DNA from: Candidatus Eiseniibacteriota bacterium | GTDB lineage: Bacteria; Eisenbacteria; RBG-16-71-46 | DNA: 64,000 nt | NCBI GenBank assembly: GCA_963725865.1 | Contig: CAVSAC010000014.1 | Coordinates: 832,001 to 896,000 of the forward strand | Direction of reading: 5' to 3' | Shown: in pieces, positions 52,730-62,200 of the stretch | How positions within the stretch are numbered: the first letter of the stretch is position 1 | Layout: each line of letters begins with the position of its first letter | Translations under genes and position numbers: made by a program | Notes under the pieces: generated by a model | What the model was told of the DNA's origin: nothing | What the model saw: the letters and a program-made list of their open reading frames with translations, nothing else | Database searches by the model: none

Positions 52730-54966
52730 GCGGCCACCTCCTTCTCGCCGGTCACCGGCCAGCGCACCGTGACCGTGAAGCCCCCCTGCGGGCGGCGCTC
52801 GGCGCGCATGCTCGCGCCGGTGCCCCCGAAGCGCATCACGCGCTGCTCCAGGTTCTGCAGCCCGACGCCGAGCCCCGGCAGCCCGTTGCCCGTGCAGTCG
52901 CCGTCGTCCACGAACCGGAGCGTGAACCAGCCGTCGGAGCGCGCCGCCTCGAGCCGCAGGTGGAGCGCGCCGGCGGCGGGCCCGCAGCCGTGCTTGAGGC
53001 TGTTCTCGACCAGCGGCTGCAGCAGCAGCGGCGGCACCGGGGTGTTGAGCAGCTCCGGCGGACCGGCGAACTCGAACGACAGGTCGTTCTCGTAGCGCTC
53101 GCGCGCGACGCCCAGGTAGTCCTCGACGAAGCCGATCTCCTCCGACAGCAGCGCCGCCGGACGCTCGCTCGCCTCCACCGTGTAGCGCAGCATGTCGGCC
53201 AGCCGCTCGGTGAAGCGCTGGGCGGCCGGCGGGTCGGTCTCGATCAGGTACGACAGCGTGTTGAGCGCGTTGAACAGGAAGTGCGGCTGGACCTGCGCGT
53301 GCAGCGCCCGCAGCTCGGCGCGGGTGGCGGCCTCGCGCAGCTCCACGGCGGCGCGCTCGGCGGCCGCGCGGTGCGCCTGCAGCGCCAGGTTCTCGAGCCG
53401 CACGCCGGCCTGCAGGAACAGGTTCTCGACCGCCTCGGCGGCGTCGCCCGGCACCAGCTCGTCGTCGCCCAGCAGCGGCGGCCCGCCCTCGGGCCACACC
53501 ACCGCGACCGGGCGCTTCAGGCCGCTGGCGAGTCCGCGCTCGACCACCGCGCGCACCTCGCCGGCGTCGAGCGCCGACAGCAGCGCGTGGCCGGCATGAT
53601 CGAGCGCCGCGCGCAGCGCGCGTGGGTCGCGCCCGTAGAGGCGGTCGAGCGCCCGCTGCACGCGCTCGCGCAGGGGCGCGAACGCGAACGCCACCACCAG
53701 CGCGGCGAACACGTTGAACACCATCGCCTGCTCGCCGGTGGCCGCCGCGAACAGGCGCTGCGCCACCAGCACCACCGCCAGGTACAACGCGGCGAGGATG
53801 CCGGACAGCAGCGCGTAGGGCACGCTGCGCACCAGCAGGCGGCGCGGGTCGAACAGCGGATCGTTCGCGATCAGGAACGCCATGATGAGCGGCGAGAAGA
53901 ACCAGCCGAGCGTGAGGCTGGTGAGCAGCAGGCGGACCGCCGGGATGCTCAGGAGCACCAGGACGCGCGGGTCCGAGAACAGAGGATCGATCAGGGCGTT
54001 CAGCAGCAGCGTGGCCGCGAGCACGACCGCGAGCACGCGCTCGCCGCGCCCGGGCCGCCAGTCCCGATCGGCGGGCAGCAGGTAGCGCCCGAGCAGCGAG
54101 GCCACGCCCAGCACCGTCGCCGCGGCCTGGAACCACACGAACGTGTTCTCGAGCGCGTCGCCGCCGGCCGGGTGCTGCACGATCAGCGCCACCGGCACCA
54201 GGTACGCGGCCACCACCAGCCAGAACCACGGACTCCGCGTGCGGCCCGCGCGCGTCCAGCGGGGGCGCGGGAACACGGTCATGAGGTGCAGGAACGCGGC
54301 CGGCGCCCACACGGTGAGCCAGTCGTAGAGGGTGAGGTAGACCCGCATCGCGCCGGTCGGCTCGAACTGCCGCGCGGGGAACAGCCCCCACACCGCAGCC
54401 AGGCCCTGCAGCGCCGCGAACCACAGGAACACCCAGGCGGCGCTCAGGTCGGGGCGGCGCCACACCAGCAGCAGCGCCACCAGCGGCGTGCAGATGACGG
54501 CGACCATCGGGAACGTCGTGAGCCGGATGCGCTGCCAGCCGGTCAGCTGCACCGGCGGCATCAGCACGAAGCGCGTGACACCGTCGCGCTGGATCTCGAG
54601 CGTGAACCGGCCGCGCGGCCAGCGATCGCCGCGTTCCATCGCCTCGCGCATCTCGCGGATGCCGACGAAGTGCTGGCCCTCCCACCCGATGATGACGTCG
54701 CCCGGCTGCAGGATCCCGCGCGCCGGCGGGCCGAGGACCCGGGCGACGACGGGATGGCTGCTCTGCCGCCAGTCGAGATCGACGTTGAGCCGCTGGAACG
54801 GCGTATGGGTGAGAAAGCGCGGGGTCCCGATCGCGACGGCCGCGAGGACCATCAGCAGCGCGAGCGCGCGGCGAAGGCGGTGGAGGGGTCGCACGTCGCG
54901 ACTGTCCCACAGGGCCGCGGAGCGCTCAACGAGCGTGGGCTGCGTTGTCGGGAGTATCCGGTCCAC
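52726..54966 (-). CDS. LytS-type membrane histidine kinase with an N-terminal PDZ-like domain
   Basis: GPPARGILQPGDVII (PDZ-like), multiple TMs, LHAQVQPHFLFNALNT, LQPLVENSLKHG, DDG, GVGLQN. Start uncertain. Confidence 0.9.
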   Translation of the reverse strand: MDRILPTTQPTLVERSAALWDSRDVRPLHRLRRALALLMVLAAVAIGTPRFLTHTPFQRLNVDLDWRQSSHPVVARVLGPPARGILQPGDVIIGWEGQHFVGIREMREAMERGDRWPRGRFTLEIQRDGVTRFVLMPPVQLTGWQRIRLTTFPMVAVICTPLVALLLVWRRPDLSAAWVFLWFAALQGLAAVWGLFPARQFEPTGAMRVYLTLYDWLTVWAPAAFLHLMTVFPRPRWTRAGRTRSPWFWLVVAAYLVPVALIVQHPAGGDALENTFVWFQAAATVLGVASLLGRYLLPADRDWRPGRGERVLAVVLAATLLLNALIDPLFSDPRVLVLLSIPAVRLLLTSLTLGWFFSPLIMAFLIANDPLFDPRRLLVRSVPYALLSGILAALYLAVVLVAQRLFAAATGEQAMVFNVFAALVVAFAFAPLRERVQRALDRLYGRDPRALRAALDHAGHALLSALDAGEVRAVVERGLASGLKRPVAVVWPEGGPPLLGDDELVPGDAAEAVENLFLQAGVRLENLALQAHRAAAERAAVELREAATRAELRALHAQVQPHFLFNALNTLSYLIETDPPAAQRFTERLADMLRYTVEASERPAALLSEEIGFVEDYLGVARERYENDLSFEFAGPPELLNTPVPPLLLQPLVENSLKHGCGPAAGALHLRLEAARSDGWFTLRFVDDGDCTGNGLPGLGVGLQNLEQRVMRFGGTGASMRAERRPQGGFTVTVRWPVTGEKEVAA

Positions 54967-55328
54967 GGGGGGCCCGTCTGGAGGAAGGAGGAGGGGTGGC
55001 GGGTTTCGCGGATGCAGTATCGCCCGCGCGCGCGCCGGACCGCGGCCCCGCCGCGACGAGCGCGGCAGATGCTCGACACCAGCGCGGGCCGCATCCAGCG
55101 CGGTCGCGCGCCATGGCGGGCCGGCGTCGCGCGCGGCGCGGGCACGCGTCGACTTCGCTCCTGACGAAGACTTGTGGAATGGGGGCCCCGAGTTTGCAGT
55201 AGGTCCGTCGGGAGGCAGCCGCTATACTGCCCCGCTGCTTCACCGTGCGGGGCTCCACCGGCCCCCTGGCCACGCGCGGATCCGCGGCCCCGCGGACGCG
55301 GTGCCGTTCCATCCCATGGAGGCGTGCA

Positions 55329-56784
55329 TTGAAGGTCCTCAGAATCGCGCTGTCGTCCCTGGTGGTACTGGCGCTCGCCGGGATCGTGCTGGCGGCGGCC
55401 CCGAGGCCGCAGGCGGCCGCGCCCAAGGCGGCGCCGGCGATCCCGACCCCGGCGGCCAGCGCCCCGACGACGACTCCCGCGACCGGCCCTTCGTCGTCCC
55501 AGACGCTCGATCGCGTGGCGGCGGTCGTGAACGACGAGGTGGTGCTCGAGAGCGAGGTGTGGGACCAGGTCCAGCAGGTCCTCGCGCGCGCGACAGACCC
55601 GCCCCGATTCCAGCGAGATCGACACCCTGCGCCAGCAGGTGCTCGAGAACCTCATCAACATCAAGCTGGTGTACGCCGAGGCCAAGAAGGCCGGCGTCAC
55701 CCTCAGCGACACCGAGCTCGACCGCTACGTCGACCAGGCGATCGACGGCAAGCGCCAGGAGCTGGGCGGCGAGGAGGCGTTCAACGAGAGCCTGCGCCGC
55801 GAGAACCTCTCGCTCGACCGCCTGCGCCAGCAGTACCGCGAGCAGGTGCGGACCGAGCTGATCTCGGAGCGGTTCCGCGACCGGCAGGTACCGCACCCGC
55901 GCGTGACCGCGACCGAGGCCGAGGCGTTCTTCAAGGAGCATCCCGAGCGGTTCCCGAAGAAGTCGCCGGAGTACCGCCTCGCGGTCATCCAGCTGCCCGT
56001 GACCGCCGACTCGGTGGCCGACGCCGTGGGCCGCGCCGCCGCGCTGGCCGCACGCAAGCGGATCGTGGCCGGCGAGAAGTTCGCGAAGGTGACCGCCGAG
56101 CTGTCGGACGACACCGGCACCGCCCACTCGGGCGGTGACCTCGGCTTCTTCACGCGCGGCACCACCGTGCCCGAGTTCGAGCAGGTCGCCTTCAGCCTCA
56201 AGGTCGGCGTGGTGAGCGAGCCGGTGCGCACGCCGTTCGGCTGGCACCTGATCGAGGTCCTGGAGCGCGACACGCTCAAGACGCGCACCCATCGCGACAG
56301 TCTCGACGCGCAGGGCCAGCCGCTCCAAGAGGCGCACGTGCGCCACCTGCTGATCCGCGTCGAGCCCACGCAGGCGGACGCCGACCGCTACGAGCGCATG
56401 ATCCACGACATCCGCGATCGCGCCGAGCGCGGCGAGGACTTCGGCGCGCTCGCGAAGCGCTACAGCCGCTACGCCGGGCCGCAGAGCGAGGGCGGCGAGA
56501 TCGGCTGGGTGTCGCTCGAGTCCCTCTCGCCCACCATCCGCGCGGCGCTCGACAGCCTGCGCGCCGGCCAGATCTCGGACGTGGTGCCGAGCCCGGGGCA
56601 GCCGACGGGCGTCTCGTTCAACCTGTTCAAGGTGCTCGAGCTGAAGCCCGAGCGCGACTTCACGCTGGACGAGGTGCGCGAGCAGCTGCCCGACGTGGTG
56701 GGGCGCATCCGGTACTCCGACAAGATCGATGAGTGGCTGAAGGGGCTGCGCGCCCGCGCCACCATCGAGATCAAGAAGCTCTAG
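55329..56784 (+). CDS. surA: SurA-like chaperone/PPIase, split by a +1 frameshift at about 55593
   Basis: TTG start with GGAGG RBS and a signal peptide. LDRVAAVVNDEVVLESEV, then in the next frame VLENLI..KL and two parvulin domains (GGDLGFF, PEFE, TPFGWHLI; HLLI, GGEIGW). Confidence 0.85.
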
Positions 56785-56800
56785 GCCGGCGATGCGAGCA

Positions 56801-56828
56801 ACGGGGCCGGTCCATGGATCGGCCCCGT
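56801..56828 (+). terminator. Hairpin after the surA-like gene
   Basis: ACGGGGCCG...CGGCCCCGT inverted repeat. Confidence 0.5.
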
Positions 56829-56870
56829 GTGCGTTGAGCCGCGCCGCACCGCTCTGCTAGGTTGGGCCCG

Positions 56871-57554
56871 ATGATCTCGTTCGAGCAGGTCACCAAGCGG
56901 TTCGGAGAGCGCCTCGCCCTCGACGCCGTCAGCTGGGGGATGCGCGAGGGCGAGTGCGTGGTGATCCAGGGTCCCAGCGGCTCGGGCAAGACCACCCTGC
57001 TGCGCCTCATCACCCACGAGCTGCTCCCGACCGGCGGACGCGTCAGCGTCGGCACCTTCGTCGGCGGGCGACTGGCGCGCGGCCAGCGCGCGCTGCTGCG
57101 GCGCACGCTCGGCATCATCTACGAGGACTTCCGGCTGCTGAACGACCGCAGCGTGTTCGAGAACGTGGCGCTCGCCGTGCGGCTCACCGGACACTCGCGC
57201 GACGACGAGGTGATCCCGCGGGTGCTCTACGCCCTCGAGGAGGTCGGGCTCCAGCACCGCCAGGCGCAGTACCCGCACGAGCTGTCGGCCGGCGAGAAGC
57301 AGCGCGCGGCGATCGCGCGCGCGATCGTGAACCGCCCCGCGGTGCTGCTCGCCGACGAGCCCACCGGAGCGCTCGAGCGCCACACCGCCGACGAGGTGCT
57401 GACGCTGTTGCGCCGCATCCACGCCGAAGGCGCGGCGCTGCTCCTCGTCACCACCCGCCAGGACGTCGCCGAGCGGCTGCCGGGCCGCCGCCTGCACCTC
57501 GAGGACGGTCACCTGCTGGAGGCGCCGACCGCGGCGCTGGAGCCACAGTCGTGA
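56871..57554 (+). CDS. ftsE: Cell division ATP-binding protein FtsE
   Basis: GPSGSGKT, DFRLL, ENVAL, LSAGEKQR, LADEPTG. Upstream of ftsX and envC. Confidence 0.9.
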   Translation: MISFEQVTKRFGERLALDAVSWGMREGECVVIQGPSGSGKTTLLRLITHELLPTGGRVSVGTFVGGRLARGQRALLRRTLGIIYEDFRLLNDRSVFENVALAVRLTGHSRDDEVIPRVLYALEEVGLQHRQAQYPHELSAGEKQRAAIARAIVNRPAVLLADEPTGALERHTADEVLTLLRRIHAEGAALLLVTTRQDVAERLPGRRLHLEDGHLLEAPTAALEPQS

Positions 57555-58414
57555 GCATGGTCCTGTACCAGTGGCGCGAGGCCTGGCGGGCATTCACGCA
57601 CCACCGGGCGCTGGCGACCACCGCCATCCTCGCGCTCACCGCCGCGTTGACGCTCGCGGGCATCTTCCTGCTGCTGTCCTGGAACGCCTCGGCCGCGCTG
57701 CGCCTGCTCGGCGACCGGCGCGAAATGGTGGTGTACCTGCGCGACGACGTCGGCGCGGGTGCGCGGAACGCGCTGGTCGAGCGCCTGCGGCAGCTGTTCG
57801 GCACCGTCACCTACGTCAGCAAGGAACAGGCGTGGGACGAGCTCGCGCAGCAGATCGGAGACCGCGAGCTGCTCGAGTCGGTGGACTCCAACCCGCTGCC
57901 GGCCTCGCTGCGCGTGCGCCTGAAGCCCGAGCTGCTCAACGCCCCGGCGATGGAGCAGGCCGCGAGCCAGGTCAAGGCGTTCCCCGAGGTCGAAGACGTG
58001 CGCTACGGGGCGGAGTGGGTGCGGCGGCTCGACGACCTGGCGGCGGCGCTCCACCGCGGATCGATCGCGGTCGGCACCGCGATCGGGCTGGCGTTCGTGT
58101 TCGTGCTCTACAACCTGGTCCGGCTGCTGGTGCTCACGCGGCGGCGGGACATCGAGATCATGCTGCGCCTGGGCGCGAGCGACCGCTTCATCGCGTCGCC
58201 GTTCGTGATCGAGGCGGTGTGGGTGGGGCTGATCGCCTCGCTGGTCGCCCTCGTCGTCCTGTTCGCGCTCCAGCGCGCGGTCGAGGCGCAGATCCCCGGC
58301 GTGGCGTTCCTGCCGTGGACGTGGGCCGCCGCATTCGTCGCCGCCACCGCCGTGCTTGCGTGGCTCACCGCGGTGCTCGCGCTGTCGAGGGTGCTGCGCT
58401 CGGTCGGCCCGTGA
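57551..58414 (+). CDS. ftsX: Cell division permease FtsX
   Basis: VYL, YVSKEQA, NPLPASL, RRRDIEIM-x-x-LGAS..FI..PF..E. Confidence 0.93.
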   Translation: MSMVLYQWREAWRAFTHHRALATTAILALTAALTLAGIFLLLSWNASAALRLLGDRREMVVYLRDDVGAGARNALVERLRQLFGTVTYVSKEQAWDELAQQIGDRELLESVDSNPLPASLRVRLKPELLNAPAMEQAASQVKAFPEVEDVRYGAEWVRRLDDLAAALHRGSIAVGTAIGLAFVFVLYNLVRLLVLTRRRDIEIMLRLGASDRFIASPFVIEAVWVGLIASLVALVVLFALQRAVEAQIPGVAFLPWTWAAAFVAATAVLAWLTAVLALSRVLRSVGP

Positions 58415-59664
58415 AGCGCCGCGTCCTCGCCGTCGCGACCGTGCTGGCGCTGGCGGCACCGGCGCTGGCGCCGCCGCGCGGAGTGCCGCCCGCGCGCGCG
58501 CAGACCGCCGAGGACTCCACCGCCGCCGCGCAGCGCCGCGAGGAAGACGCCCGCCTCGAGGCCCAGAAGCGCAGCGAGCTCGACGCGATCCAGCGCCAGG
58601 CGCGCGAGAAGCGCGAAGCCGCGACCCGCCTGCGCGGCCAGGAGCGCACCGCGCTCACCCGGCTGCAGCGCACGGAGAAGCAGCTGACCTCCACCCGCAA
58701 GCGGCTGCGCAACCTCCACCAGCACGAGCAGCGCCTCGACCAGCAGCTCGAGGTCACGCAGGCCAGCCTGCGGCGCAGCATCGCGACGCTCGACCAGCAG
58801 CGCCGGCTGCTCGCGCGCCGCCTGCGCGCGCTCTACAAGTATGGCGCCGGCCGCGAGCTGGAGTTCCTGCTCTCGACGCGCTCGTTCGCGCAGCTGCTCG
58901 CCCGCTGGGACTACGTGGTGATGGTGGCGGAGCAGGACCGCCTGCTGCTCGAAGAGTTCCGCGGGCAGAAGCAGGACGTCGAGACCCAGAAGACGACGCT
59001 CGAGGGCAACCTGCAGGAGATCGAGCGCACCGCCCAGCGGACCACGAAGGAGAACCAGCGCCTCGCCGCGCTGCGCCAGCAGCACGCACAGACCGTGACG
59101 GAGATCCAGTCGCAGCGCCAGGCCTATGAGGCGGCGGCCGCCGAGCTGGAGCGCACCGCGAAGAACATCCGCGGCCTGCTCGCCTCGCTCGAGCGCAGGC
59201 GCAAGGAGGAGGCCGACCGCGCGCGGGCTTCGGGCCGCGCACCCGAGCCCTACACCGGCGACTTCGCCCGCGGGCGCGGCGCGCTCGACTGGCCGGTGCG
59301 CGGGAACATCATCGGCACCTTCGGTCAGGAGAAGCACCCCAAGTACAACGTCTACACCGTCAACAACGGCATCGACATCGAGGTGCCGGTCGGCACCGCG
59401 GTGCGGGCGGTGGCGAAGGGCCGCATCGACTACGTGAGCGAGGAGTATTCGTCGATGGGCGGCATGGTGGTGATCAACCACGGGGACGGCTACTACACGC
59501 TCTACGGGCACCTGTCCGAGATCGGCGTGGCGGTGGGCCAGGAGGTCGCCGCCGGCGCGTCGGTCGGACGCTCGGGCGAGACCGGCTCGCTCAAGGGGCC
59601 GGTGCTCCATTTCGAGGTGCGCAAGGGGCAGGCGGCGCTCGATCCCCAGGAGTGGCTGCGCTAG
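58411..59664 (+). CDS. envC: Murein hydrolase activator EnvC-like (coiled coil plus degenerate M23/LytM)
   Basis: Signal peptide, long coiled coil, WPVRG, NNGIDI (lacks the catalytic His), YGHLS, VLHFEVR. Confidence 0.88.
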   Translation: MKRRVLAVATVLALAAPALAPPRGVPPARAQTAEDSTAAAQRREEDARLEAQKRSELDAIQRQAREKREAATRLRGQERTALTRLQRTEKQLTSTRKRLRNLHQHEQRLDQQLEVTQASLRRSIATLDQQRRLLARRLRALYKYGAGRELEFLLSTRSFAQLLARWDYVVMVAEQDRLLLEEFRGQKQDVETQKTTLEGNLQEIERTAQRTTKENQRLAALRQQHAQTVTEIQSQRQAYEAAAAELERTAKNIRGLLASLERRRKEEADRARASGRAPEPYTGDFARGRGALDWPVRGNIIGTFGQEKHPKYNVYTVNNGIDIEVPVGTAVRAVAKGRIDYVSEEYSSMGGMVVINHGDGYYTLYGHLSEIGVAVGQEVAAGASVGRSGETGSLKGPVLHFEVRKGQAALDPQEWLR

Positions 59665-59666
59665 CC

Positions 59667-60875
59667 ATGGCGACCGTGCGCCTCGCCGAGCTGCTCGGCC
59701 AGTCCGACGTCGCCGACTTCCTGCGCCACGTGGTGGCCGGCGGGCGCCCGGCCAACGCCTACCTGTTCCACGGGCCCGCGGGGGTCGGCAAGGGCACCGC
59801 GGCGCTCGCGTTCGCGCGGGCGCTGATGTGCGAGCACACCGCCGCCGCGCCGCCCGCGGCGCCGAGCCTGTTCGACGCCGCGCCCGCCACCGCGGCATCC
59901 GCCCCGTCGGCGGACGACGCCTGCGGCACGTGCCCCGCGTGCGTGAAGTCCGGCGCGCTCCAGCATCCCGATCTGCGGCTGCTGTTCCCGGTCTCGGGCG
60001 AGGAGCGCGAGCTCGAGAAGACCATCGCCGAGACGCTGCAGACGATGCGGGACGATCCGTACTTCACGTTCACGTACGACAAGGCCGCCTCGATCCGCCT
60101 CTCGGTCACGCGCGAGCTGCTGCGCGAGCTGGCCTACAAGCCGTTCGAGTCGGCGCGCCGTGTGGTGCTGGTGCGCGACGCCGACCGCATGCGCGAGGAC
60201 CAGTACTCCGCGATGCTCAAGGCCATCGAGGAACCCGGCGCCGCGACGGTGTGGGTGCTCACCACCGCGCGACTCGCGCGCCTGCCGGCCACCATCCGCT
60301 CGCGCTGCCAGCGCGTGCGGTTCGCGCCGCTGCCCGAGGCGCGGGTGAGCGCGTTCCTGGAGGAGCGACTGGGCTTCGCGCCACCGGCGGCCCGCATGCT
60401 GGCGGCGCTCTCGGGCGGCTCGCTGGCGCGCGCGCTGGCGCTGCGCGAGCAGGATCCGCGGGCGCTGCGCGACGCGGCGCTCGCGCTGCTGGAGCCGGCG
60501 CTCGCGCAGGACCCCGCCCGGCTCTGGCAGGCGACCCAGCGCTTCACGCAGTTCGGCAAGCTCGGGCGCGAGTCGCTGCGGCGGATGGCGGAATTCCACA
60601 TGCTCTGGCTCCGCGATCTGCTGCGGGCGCGTTACGAGGTGCCGCGCGAGCGGCTCGTGAACCGTGACCGGGAGGACGAGATCCGCGCTCAGGCCGCGCG
60701 CGTCGACGCCACCGAGATCCGGCGCCGCCTGATGGTGCTCGAAGAGATGCTGCGCGCCATCGAGGGCAACGTCACCGCGGAGATGGCCCTGTTCTCCGGA
60801 CTCTCGCGGGTCGCTGGGGCCCGCGTCGGCGAGGGCGAGTGGCCCCGCCACGCGACCGCGCGCTGGGAGTACTGA
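59667..60875 (+). CDS. holB: DNA polymerase III delta-prime subunit
   Basis: AYLFHGPAGVGK, C...CGTCPAC Zn module, HPD, MLKAIEEP, TIRSRC. Confidence 0.92.
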   Translation: MATVRLAELLGQSDVADFLRHVVAGGRPANAYLFHGPAGVGKGTAALAFARALMCEHTAAAPPAAPSLFDAAPATAASAPSADDACGTCPACVKSGALQHPDLRLLFPVSGEERELEKTIAETLQTMRDDPYFTFTYDKAASIRLSVTRELLRELAYKPFESARRVVLVRDADRMREDQYSAMLKAIEEPGAATVWVLTTARLARLPATIRSRCQRVRFAPLPEARVSAFLEERLGFAPPAARMLAALSGGSLARALALREQDPRALRDAALALLEPALAQDPARLWQATQRFTQFGKLGRESLRRMAEFHMLWLRDLLRARYEVPRERLVNRDREDEIRAQAARVDATEIRRRLMVLEEMLRAIEGNVTAEMALFSGLSRVAGARVGEGEWPRHATARWEY

Positions 60876-61154
60876 GGCGGGCCCCGCTCCCGGGGTCGGC
60901 GATCCGCTGACCGACCCGGCCCGGCCGTGGCGCTGCGCCCGCGCCCGCCGCCCGCGCTCCGCGTTCGAGACCGTGAAACTCGCCGCCGGCTGCGTTATGC
61001 TCCCGCCGTTCGTGTCCGCCGGACATCGGCGGGCCAGCAGCGCATAGCCGCGAGCGGCGCACCCGTCGCCGCCCGGACCACCCCTCGACGCGATCCGCCG
61101 GCGCTCCCCGGGCCGGCTCGAAGAGCGGACCGCACCGCTCCAATAGAGGCCTCG

Positions 61155-62051
61155 ATGTCGGACATCATCCAGGTCGCCCTGCGCGGCGCCCGGCGGGAGT
61201 TCTTCCTCAACTCCCGCACCCTGTGGCTCAAGCTGCGCGACCCCGTGATCGTGCAGGGCGAGCACGGCGAGATCCTCGGCAACGTCTCCCTCAAGGACCC
61301 CACGCTCGTGGGCCTCCACAAGCCGGGCAACGTCACCCGCGAGATCATCCGCAAGGCGACCGAGGAGGACCTCGACATCGCCGACCGTCGCAAGGTCCGC
61401 GAGAGCGAGGCGTTCGAATACTGCCGGGAGCGGATCGAGCTCCGCGAGCTCAAGATGGAGCTGGTCGAGGTCGAGGCCGCGTTCGGCGGCCATCGCATCA
61501 CGTTCTTCTTCACGGCCGAGCACCGCGTGGACTTCCGCGAGCTCGTGCGCGACCTCGCGGCGCGCTTCCAGTGCCGCATCGAGCTGCGGCAGATCGGCGT
61601 GCGCGACAGCGCCAAGCGCATGGACGGCTGCGGGCCGTGCGGGCGCGCGTTCTGCTGCTCGTCGTGGCTGAAGGACTTCCATCCGGTCACCCTCAAGATG
61701 GCGCGCGAGCAGCAGCTCTCGCTCAACCCCACCAAGATCTCGGGCGCGTGCGGGCGGCTGATGTGCTGCCTCGCGTACGAGCTGGCGCAGTACCGCGACA
61801 GCGCCGCACGGCTGCCCGCGGTGGGCGCCGAGCTCCACACCGGGCAGGGGGTGATGCGGGTGACGCGCACCGAGATCTACCAGGAGGCGGTGTGGGTGCG
61901 CGACGACGAGGGCGGCGAGCACCGCATCGCGTACGCCGACCTGCCGCCGGGCCCGTATCACAAGTGCGGCGACTGCGGCTGCGGCAAGAAGGGCAACAAG
62001 CCGAAGGACGATCCTGCCGGCCCCGACGACGGTCCGCCGTCGGAGAGCTGA
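61155..62051 (+). CDS. ricT: PSP1-domain protein RicT/YaaT
   Basis: FTAEHRVDFRELVRDL, RIELRQIGVRD, GPCGRAFCC, MAREQQLSLNPTKISGACGRLMCCLAYE. Confidence 0.93.
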   Translation: MSDIIQVALRGARREFFLNSRTLWLKLRDPVIVQGEHGEILGNVSLKDPTLVGLHKPGNVTREIIRKATEEDLDIADRRKVRESEAFEYCRERIELRELKMELVEVEAAFGGHRITFFFTAEHRVDFRELVRDLAARFQCRIELRQIGVRDSAKRMDGCGPCGRAFCCSSWLKDFHPVTLKMAREQQLSLNPTKISGACGRLMCCLAYELAQYRDSAARLPAVGAELHTGQGVMRVTRTEIYQEAVWVRDDEGGEHRIAYADLPPGPYHKCGDCGCGKKGNKPKDDPAGPDDGPPSES

Positions 62052-62200
62052 CCGCGGCCGGGACGGCCGGCGCGGACCGCAATGCCGGACGCGTGCATCG
62101 AAGGGGCGATGCGCGCGCTCCCGCACCGCACGTGACCCGGCGCCGCCGGAGCGATCCGGAGGCGCCCCACTCCCAACCCATCCTTCACCGGAGGTGCTCG

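Noticed and set aside
59350..59620. M23 peptidase lacking catalytic residues as a novelty
   Set aside because: A degenerate LytM domain is the expected state for EnvC downstream of ftsEX.
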